From Candidatus Dojkabacteria bacterium (GTDB lineage: Bacteria > Patescibacteriota > Dojkabacteria > SC72): 56,274 nt of DNA. A program made the position numbers and the translations under genes. Within the stretch, counting starts at the first letter, position 1, and every line of letters begins with the position of its first letter. The notes under the pieces were generated by a model, which did no database searches, was not told where the DNA came from, and saw only the letters and a program-made list of their open reading frames with translations. Below, piece by piece: positions 47,029 through 55,400 of the stretch. The stretch spans positions 1 to 56,274 of the forward strand of contig DATERJ010000020.1 of the NCBI GenBank assembly GCA_035271645.1, in the 5' to 3' direction.

Positions 47029-48875
47029 ATATCCACAGACATCCTACGTTTACTTTTATTGCTTTTTCTGCCTAAAAGATTAAGCAATACAATGAATATT
47101 ACCAAAATTAGAGCAAGAATTAAAATCCCCCAGAAGCTGTCCATTATTCCTGTCTTGGGAATCCCACCTGTTGTGGTATTATCAGCATTTGTGTCAATCA
47201 CATCTTTTAATGAGTCTGTAAGTCCATAATCACTTAAAGCTGATACTTTGATAGTAGACCCTGACCTAGGAACTTCTTTTAATGAGATATCTAGACCTGC
47301 ACCTTCTAAACCCAACAACTCTTTTGAATGTTTCTCCATCTCAGAGGTGGTATATGGTTGTATGACAAGCAAATCTTCTTCTGTATACTCAAAAAAAGCA
47401 GTACCATCTTCAACTCTGCTATTAGAAATGACAAGAGTACATCTATCTTCTCCAACCTCGGTTAAACAAGAAATCTCCCTACTTTTACCAGAGCTCCCTA
47501 CATTATCTTTATCTTCGATGTAGGCAATGAGAGCCATCTCACCATGGTCTGGAATATTCTCCATTGTCACTTCAACTGTTATGAAGGAAGGAATATCTAT
47601 AATTGGTAGTGTTGATTGTTGGTATTTATTACCATTGTTGTCATATGTATTCTCTCCAGAAACAACCTCAAAGTAGTACTTTGTCTCTTTCTGTAATCTA
47701 TCCAGAACAACACTATGAACATAGTAATCACCAAACCTTCCACTTATCTCCTCATCCCTAGTATCTAATGCTTTCATGTTCAAATTATTAGGATCTACAC
47801 CGTAGTTTACACGCCCTCTCTCTTTCTTAGCAGAGATCCAAATTACTTTAAAACCAGAGTCTGTTACATCAACTACCCTAATTGTCTTAGCTCCTGCAAA
47901 AGATGCCTCTACCTCACCTTTCTCTGTAAGTTCTATCCAATCTAATTGATGTGCAATCCTATATCTCCTATCCAATTCTTCTACCTCTGGTTCATCATCT
48001 GGTATTATCGGTACAACTGGCTCATCATCTGGAATCACCGGTTCAGGTTTATCTGGTACTACTGGTGGTTCTTGATATGGGGCAGCTACAAGTGTTGCTC
48101 GTGGTGGCAACAGGGAATATACATCCCCACTATCAGCCAACCCAAAGTTTTGAGTTGGTTTTAACTCTCCATTGGCATCAAAGAGTTCTTCGTATGTCCC
48201 CTCCACCTTTGCTGTTTTACCTTTACCATCTACTGCAATTACGGTTATATCCGTTTGTTTGTCTATCAAAGGATAGGTGGAGTCAGATATTTTTCTTGAA
48301 TCATTGATTGATATTATCCAACCACCTGTTTTAGATACAACCCCACCTAATGGTGATACTGGATATGTACTTTTATCTGATAGGAATGCGTAGATAAGAA
48401 CATCATCGTTTGAAGTTCCTTTTAGTGTCCCACTTATACTCCCTGGTGTTGGTAAGCCTCCTACTATCGGCATTGTAGAGAACTCTAAATTTTTCCCATC
48501 ACTTGAGCTATACTCTTTACCTTCTGACTTTATCAAAAAACTATACTTTGTATTTGCCTCTAGATTGTCTAATTCCACATAGTGAGTATATGATCTGCTA
48601 GAGGAACGACTGTCTGGGACTTGTTTCTTCTTAGCACCATTCTCTATTGGAATAACATACCCTATGGTACTAGAGTCGGTAGTCCAAGAGATTGATATCA
48701 TACTACTAGAGATATTACTCACTACTACATTTTTTGGTTCTGAACCAACTCCTGCTCTAGATACAACTTGTACTACCTGATATGCTGCAAAAACAAGTAG
48801 TGGCAAGCCTATTAAAAGGATTGCCAAAATAATATTTTGCCTTCTTTGATGTCGAGGTAGATATGCTACTTTCAT
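47025..48875 (-). CDS. Surface protein with two FN3-like modules, a Pro-rich linker and a C-terminal sortase sorting signal (IPKTG)
   Basis: 616 aa with an N-terminal TM helix. FN3-like segments are VVVSNISSSMISISWTTD and IRVVDVTDSGFKVIWIS...VNYG. IPKTG lies at 47148-47162, followed by a ~26-aa hydrophobic stretch and then RKSNKSKRR. Confidence 0.7.
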   Translation of the reverse strand: MKVAYLPRHQRRQNIILAILLIGLPLLVFAAYQVVQVVSRAGVGSEPKNVVVSNISSSMISISWTTDSSTIGYVIPIENGAKKKQVPDSRSSSRSYTHYVELDNLEANTKYSFLIKSEGKEYSSSDGKNLEFSTMPIVGGLPTPGSISGTLKGTSNDDVLIYAFLSDKSTYPVSPLGGVVSKTGGWIISINDSRKISDSTYPLIDKQTDITVIAVDGKGKTAKVEGTYEELFDANGELKPTQNFGLADSGDVYSLLPPRATLVAAPYQEPPVVPDKPEPVIPDDEPVVPIIPDDEPEVEELDRRYRIAHQLDWIELTEKGEVEASFAGAKTIRVVDVTDSGFKVIWISAKKERGRVNYGVDPNNLNMKALDTRDEEISGRFGDYYVHSVVLDRLQKETKYYFEVVSGENTYDNNGNKYQQSTLPIIDIPSFITVEVTMENIPDHGEMALIAYIEDKDNVGSSGKSREISCLTEVGEDRCTLVISNSRVEDGTAFFEYTEEDLLVIQPYTTSEMEKHSKELLGLEGAGLDISLKEVPRSGSTIKVSALSDYGLTDSLKDVIDTNADNTTTGGIPKTGIMDSFWGILILALILVIFIVLLNLLGRKSNKSKRRMSVDI

Positions 48876-48959
48876 TAATGTAATAATACCTGTAAAGAAG
48901 GTTTTTTACAATGTTTGGTAGGTTGGAGAACAGAGTAAGCCTTCAAGTCTACGACTGCA

Positions 48960-49229
48960 CTATTCTTCATCCTCTTCGGTTTCCCCCTTTAGACCTGACA
49001 TAAAGCCACTTATTGCTGATATTCCAGATCCTATTCCCCTTATTGGCTTTATTATCATATCATTAACCTCATTTACTGTTCCTCTTACTGTCCCCGTTAT
49101 ATCCTCTACATTCTGTAATGTTTTTCTACTATCTTTCAGGAGCATACCCAGTTGATAGAGTACAAAACATATAAATCCCGCTATGACAGCCACTATTATC
49201 ATCCAATATATTGGTGGTATTGTTTCCAT
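48960..49229 (-). CDS. Small N-terminally TM-anchored coiled protein (DUF948-like by recollection)
   Basis: 89 aa. A TM helix (IIVAVIAGFICFVLYQL) is followed by LLKDSRKTLQNVEDITGTVRGTVNEVNDMI and an acidic tail. Confidence 0.5.
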   Translation of the reverse strand: METIPPIYWMIIVAVIAGFICFVLYQLGMLLKDSRKTLQNVEDITGTVRGTVNEVNDMIIKPIRGIGSGISAISGFMSGLKGETEEDEE

Positions 49230-49242
49230 ACTACATATTTAA

Positions 49243-52200
49243 TTAATTTAGTTGAGTTCCACACTCCCCATTCTTCTGCCCTCCTGGGTTCCAGAGAATT
49301 GATTTGCATCCTGATTGTTTAGGATTAAATTCACTTATTCTAATAAAGTAGCCTAAATCTTTAACTATTGGGAAGTCTTGTCCATATGCCTGCCCTTCGG
49401 ATTGTTGATAACCTTGATACATACCTCTATTTGTAGGCCAGAAGGTTACGTTATTAGCTTTTAGCCCCTCTATACTATTAATACTATTTATTAATGACTT
49501 AGCTGTGTATCTTCTACTATGGCCATGAATTCCTACTAGATTCCAACCTGAAGAGAGAGCGATAGGGATAGATTCTTTTACTTTGTAACCTGGTACTGAG
49601 ATTGTGGTATCTTTTTCTGCCATTACTAGGTAACCTCTACCTTGTGCAAAAGAGAAAGTAGCTCCTTTAGTTGCCCCTGCTTCAAAGTCATAAGCAGTAC
49701 CACCTGCCCACTGTCCTCCACTAAAGTATGCAACACGAGAGACTTTTCTTTCTGCTTGATTGACAATCTCTAAGAATCTGTCAGAAGTCAGTTGTTTTGC
49801 ATCTCCTTCTGATGGAACTAAATCAAAGGATATTATATTCACACCTTCTTTAAGTTCATACTCCTGGGCCGTTGTTGTTTGAGATATCTCTAATACAAGG
49901 GCTGAATCCGCTATCGCAATATCCTCATTATCCTGCAAGTTATATGGATCTGATGGGAATTGATACCCAGGGATACCATTTTTCTCAACATAGAACATAC
50001 CTGGATTCTCGGTATCACCAAATACATCAATACCATCACCTAAAGATGTTTCAATACGGTACATACCTTTTTCTGGATAATACAGGAATGGCATCTGTTT
50101 TTCACTCTTTTTACTATTATCTTCTACTCCTAAAACTGAAGATGTAGAAGAAACAAACGTTGCAACACCCCTGACTACACTAGGATGTACAGCACCTTCG
50201 GAAACACATTTAGACAAGGTTGATAGTGTCCAATTACCAGTACCTCTCTCAAGGAATTTATATTTACCTTCGCCCTTCCATTCACACGCATATTCTGTCC
50301 CATCTTCTGTCTTAAGCAAATCCCAATAACCACCAATATTCTTCCCCATCTGTCCATTGTTAGGACAGGACAAATTTTGATATGACTCATGTTTGTATGG
50401 ATAGAAATACGATTTTAAAATTGGACCTGGATATACACAATACATAAATTTAGCAAAGAAGCTATCAACTTGAGCACATTTTCGATAGAAGGGTACGTGT
50501 CCAACTCCCTTTTCCTGACATATAGCTCCCTCCTTACCATCTTTCCTAGGCATCACAGCATAACTATCAACCCCTACCTGACAACAATCATACAGATTGG
50601 TAATCTTTTGTGAGATATACCAATCAGCCTGACTAGAGTGAGGTCCTGCAGAGAATACATATCCTGCATTAGATTCTCCTTTGGCTAACGTAATACTAAC
50701 GGGATATTTACTACCTTTGGCTTTGAAATTAGGAATTTTTTCAGTACAACCTGTAAAGGTTTCATACGCTTCAGAACCTCCATATTTAATACATGCAGCC
50801 CTATCACCTTCAACAGTACTAATATCACCTACGAAATAATTACCTTCACATTCTGCACAGTAAACCTTTGCTGGATCAAACACAGGTTCTAAGCCTAAAT
50901 AGAAGACTTTCTCCTTAGCTTTTGCTAAACATTCCTGATCTGTAGCGTACCTAGAGACAGTTTCTTGGTCTTTACATTTCAACCCTTTAAGTTTCAAACA
51001 GCTTCCTCCACCTGTACCAAGCACAAAGCACTCTTTATCTTCCCATTCATCATCATCTGTATCATCATCCACATTGTCTTCATCATCTGTATCATCATCC
51101 ACATTGTCTTCATCATCTTCTTCTCCATCACAACTGTCTGTTCCATTGTTTGATCTCTGACTCTTAGGACAACAATATGTTTCAAAATCAACATCATCTC
51201 TAATCATATAGTTATTACCTTGCTTATCATACAAACATACACACCCATCTTCATCTAAACATTCCCTCTTCTTGCTTCCCATAACCATTTCATCCTTATC
51301 ATTATCAACTCCTTTCTCTTCACATAATTCTTTGGTGGAGTAACCATTATCAGAATCAACACATTCACAACCATTTGATTTACTTCTCCAAAGCCATTGT
51401 TCTGAACCCGAACATTCCTCTGCAGCAGATACTGACCTCCCTATTTTCTTCCAAAGAGTTTCTAGTAGATCCTTCTTCTCTTCATCTCCATCCCATGTGT
51501 TCTCCCCATTACCTAAAAGAAAAAGAGGATACTCCGCATCCTTTGCATTTACAGTTCTCCTATTCGCAGGTATATGGTTTTCTGCCTGAGGTACAAAGGT
51601 TAGAACTAAGTCTTCTGGTTTAACAATCGAACCATCCTCATTTCTGATATTGCCAATATCTATAGTCCATCCACCATCACTATTTGATACTCCTGACAAT
51701 AAGGGGAATGTTTGCTCCCCTTTCTTCACTCTCAAGAATATTATAGAGTCAAAGTCGGTTTTCTTCACAAGCTGGCCTTCTTCATCATAGTAGAGAGAAT
51801 ATGTAGAACCATATGCTGTATTTGGGACACCTATCTCTTCAAATAACGGCATGGTCTTAGCAGAGAATTTCTCAACACCAAGGAACTCTTTTTCTGAATA
51901 CAAACCACTACTGGTAGAGCTTGTTACCCATCCATTGCCAACTCTGAAATAATAATCCTTATCTGCATCTAAGTCTTGAACTGTAACATGATGAACATAG
52001 TACTTTCCATATTTCTTAACAACAATATCATTGCAGTTATCTTGATTTTCTACACTAACAGTAAAATCTGCAGTTTTTGTTTTAGATACTTCCCTATTAA
52101 ATCTTTCTACACACTCCGTCTGTGCATCCGATACATCCCTATCGTCCACAGCCTTCTTCTTACCTAGTATTGCAAGTGGACCAGGAAGGAAGATATCTTT

Positions 52201-52413
52201 CTCACCGTAGTAGACCACTCCCACCATAGGTTCATCTGTTATCCACGATACTGTGAAAGCAGTATCTGTAACATTAGTGACCCTCACCTTCTGTGGTTTG
52301 AACTTTGCACTAAGATATACCATATACCCTATATACCCAAGTAGTGATACCACCAGTAAAGCAAGAACAACCTTGGAAACTATTTTAAGAGATTTCTGTG
52401 GAATTCTATCCAT
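49243..52413 (-). CDS. Giant surface protein: TM anchor, FN3-like/beta-sandwich module, Cys-rich core with an acidic repeat, and a conserved ~280-aa C-terminal domain
   Basis: 1056 aa. The N-terminal motif is KVRVTNVTDTAFTVSWITDEPMVGVVYYG (52204-52290). The C-terminal 283 aa (49246-50094) are collinear with the C-terminus of the next gene. Confidence 0.75.
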   Translation of the reverse strand: MDRIPQKSLKIVSKVVLALLVVSLLGYIGYMVYLSAKFKPQKVRVTNVTDTAFTVSWITDEPMVGVVYYGEKDIFLPGPLAILGKKKAVDDRDVSDAQTECVERFNREVSKTKTADFTVSVENQDNCNDIVVKKYGKYYVHHVTVQDLDADKDYYFRVGNGWVTSSTSSGLYSEKEFLGVEKFSAKTMPLFEEIGVPNTAYGSTYSLYYDEEGQLVKKTDFDSIIFLRVKKGEQTFPLLSGVSNSDGGWTIDIGNIRNEDGSIVKPEDLVLTFVPQAENHIPANRRTVNAKDAEYPLFLLGNGENTWDGDEEKKDLLETLWKKIGRSVSAAEECSGSEQWLWRSKSNGCECVDSDNGYSTKELCEEKGVDNDKDEMVMGSKKRECLDEDGCVCLYDKQGNNYMIRDDVDFETYCCPKSQRSNNGTDSCDGEEDDEDNVDDDTDDEDNVDDDTDDDEWEDKECFVLGTGGGSCLKLKGLKCKDQETVSRYATDQECLAKAKEKVFYLGLEPVFDPAKVYCAECEGNYFVGDISTVEGDRAACIKYGGSEAYETFTGCTEKIPNFKAKGSKYPVSITLAKGESNAGYVFSAGPHSSQADWYISQKITNLYDCCQVGVDSYAVMPRKDGKEGAICQEKGVGHVPFYRKCAQVDSFFAKFMYCVYPGPILKSYFYPYKHESYQNLSCPNNGQMGKNIGGYWDLLKTEDGTEYACEWKGEGKYKFLERGTGNWTLSTLSKCVSEGAVHPSVVRGVATFVSSTSSVLGVEDNSKKSEKQMPFLYYPEKGMYRIETSLGDGIDVFGDTENPGMFYVEKNGIPGYQFPSDPYNLQDNEDIAIADSALVLEISQTTTAQEYELKEGVNIISFDLVPSEGDAKQLTSDRFLEIVNQAERKVSRVAYFSGGQWAGGTAYDFEAGATKGATFSFAQGRGYLVMAEKDTTISVPGYKVKESIPIALSSGWNLVGIHGHSRRYTAKSLINSINSIEGLKANNVTFWPTNRGMYQGYQQSEGQAYGQDFPIVKDLGYFIRISEFNPKQSGCKSILWNPGGQKNGECGTQLN
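51051..51118 (-). repeat. Perfect 30-nt tandem duplication (plus a partial third copy) encoding EDNVDDDTDD
   Basis: 51051-51080 and 51081-51110 are identical (catcatctgtatcatcatccacattgtctt). The repeat is in frame within an Asp/Glu run. Confidence 0.9.
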
Positions 52414-52435
52414 ACTATAAATAAACTATATTAAT

Positions 52436-55400
52436 TTAATTACATTTACCATTACCTTCACCATCTGGATTCCACCAGATACTTTTACAATCTTTTTTAA
52501 TCTCATTGATCCTTACAAAATACCCTAGGTCTTTACTAATAGGAAAGTCTTGTCCATATTCTTGACCTTCGGATAATTGGAAACCTTGATACATACCTTT
52601 ACTGGTTGGCCAGTATGTTACATTGTTAGCTTTTAGACCTTCTATACTATTTACACTATTTATCAATGATTTAGCTGTATATTGTGTATCATGACCATGT
52701 ACTCCTATGAGATTCCAACCTGAGGAGAAGGCGATGGGGATTGGAGACTGTATTGCATACCCTGGTACGGAAATTGTTGTATCTTTTTCCGCCATTACTA
52801 GGTATCCCTTACCCATTGTCAGAACTTCTTCTTTCTGCCCTTTTATCTCCTTTGTATCAAAGTTATATACTGCACCTCCTTCCCATTGTCCACCCTTAAA
52901 TGTTGCTATACGAGATACATTCTCATCTTTTCTATTTGCAATAGCAAGAAAGTCTGCATATGTTAGTTTAGAATCTACACCACCAACTGATGGAAGTAGA
53001 TTAAACGATATTATATTTATACCTTTCTTAAGAGAGAGATCTAGTAAGGAAGCCACTTTCTCAACCTTTACGAATGATGATCTTGGAACTATTAAATCTT
53101 CATTGTCTTTTGGATTTTGTGGGTCTTCTGGTGATTGATAACCATCTTCTCCATTTCGTTCTTCGTAATATACATAACCACCAGTACCACCTATGGCACT
53201 AGCAGTTCTTCCTTTACCATCAGTAACTTGATATATTCCATCATCTGGGTAGTAGGATATAAAGGAGTGGTTTTCTAGACTTTCTTCAGAACCTTCTGCA
53301 TATGCTTTTGGAATAAAGGGAAGACTACCCCCTCCAGTACCACCACTTGTAATACAATTTTTTAACTCACATATATTATAGTTTCTTTTATTTATCCAGC
53401 CCTCGAGTGTACTCCACTCTCTTAACTTACAAGTCTTTTCCTCATCTGTTCCTGTTTTCTTCCTAGCACAAATTTTCTGAGTGTCACTATCATAACCAAT
53501 CGTAGGAAGCTCTTTATCCTCCAATGCTTTCAAGACAACACTTTCTTTATTAATCTTACACTCATCTTCAGAACAGAACTTTCTATTTCCAATCGGCGCC
53601 ACATGATTCTCTTCCGACTTCTTATCAACCTTACAATCACTACTGGGAGCATTATCTTTAACATCATACGTAAACAACTGTGTCTGACAACAATAGTCTT
53701 TACTTATCACACCATCTCCACAAGAGCACACACTATCCTCGCATCTCCCCAATGTCGAAACATCTGGTGCAGTATCTATAAGATTTTTTGTACATACTAT
53801 TGACTCCAAATAAGCTCCTTGTTTTAATTGACCACTATCATCATAGCAATCTGAAAAATTCTTAGATTCTTTACAACTTGTACCATCGGCTTTGTAACAC
53901 AGGGGTTCCTTACCATCTTTAGCTTTGATACAGTCCGTAAATGTATCATAATATCCACCACTAGTACACCCTGGTGTTCCATAACTACTCTTTAGTATAT
54001 CTTTTGGCTGGAAGCATACATAAACTGTTTTATTAGGATTGTTTTCTTCGATTCCTCTTGCTGGAGTATAAAACCTACTCTTTTTTCCATCCCAACATAG
54101 ATTTTCCTTCTCTTCACTTCTGTAACGACATGATATCTCATCAATATAGCCAATTTTTGAACAATTTGAAAGTGTTGTCTTTATAGTTTTATCATTTCTA
54201 CATCCATCCTCAGATTTCCAACATTCAACTAGAGGATCATCTGCAGCAATAAAGCTACTAGAACACTCACCAACTTTAACAGTATAACACATACCATACC
54301 CTGGAAGAGTGTTAGTAGGACAAGGATATTTATCAGAGATAGAATAGCCATATCGTTCAAACATGAAAGAACCTGTATTACCATTATACACACAATACTT
54401 TGCTGCTCGACAGGCATTCCTTGCTTTAGAACTATCTATTGCTTTTATCGGAATCCCTTTTTCAGCACATGAATCTTCTTCACTTGAACTTTCCGTACAA
54501 GAACAAAGATTATCGCAACAAAATGTTTTTACATTTCCTTTACAAATCACCTTGGCACCTGCTTCATCATTTGCGCTTACAAACACTAGGGTGTTAGCAA
54601 TCTGTGAGAAATTCTGTGAGAAATAATAAGACACCCCAGATATATCGTAACACTCACAATTTTCTTTATAACAATAAAATTGCTTCTCACTTTTACTTGA
54701 GTTACAAGTCGCTGTGGCTTCGTTTAAACTATCTGCATATACAATTTCTCCTTCTAAATCATACTCGAGATTAGAGAGGGCAAGACAAGAGCAACTATCA
54801 TTACATAAAAATGCTTGTTGATCATGTTGACAAGTACTCGTCGCCTCATCTATGTTAAGTCCTACTCTCGGATTATATCCTTTCGAGCAACTAGAACCTG
54901 ATTCCTGCTCATTACAATCACAATCCTCATTACAACAGAATTGCTTCTGCTCATTCTTTACTACCAAACCTCCACAAGCCGGTTTAGCTCCATTGTCATC
55001 CACCTGATTAGTTATTTTCTCCCCACCATTTCCCTCACAATTAGAAGCACACACACATTCATCTGTCTTACATTCCTCACCACATCCAATAACTGGTGCC
55101 CTTTGATTATTACATCCCACCTCAGTCAAAGAATTACCACAAAACACATTATTCACCTGAGCATTGCCACAATAAACATTGTCTTTACTTACATACTCTA
55201 CATAACAGGAATTACACCCTCCACTAACAATAGTACGTGTCATATTTGGTGCTGTTTCATACTTGTCTCCAACCTTGACTATACAACCATTACCTAAAAG
55301 ATGAGTGTTTCCACTAGGATCAGCAACTTCAAGATTACTCCCCTTACACTCCTTTCTGACATTTGTATAGCCAGGACCTGGGTCATCTTTCCTATATATT

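Noticed and set aside
49246-53266. Diversity-generating retroelement (template/variable repeat) as the explanation for the two similar C-terminal gene segments.
   Set aside because: Mismatches between the two copies involve all base types and are not adenine-specific. No reverse transcriptase or accessory gene is in the window. The similarity extends over about 800 nt, as expected for paralogues.
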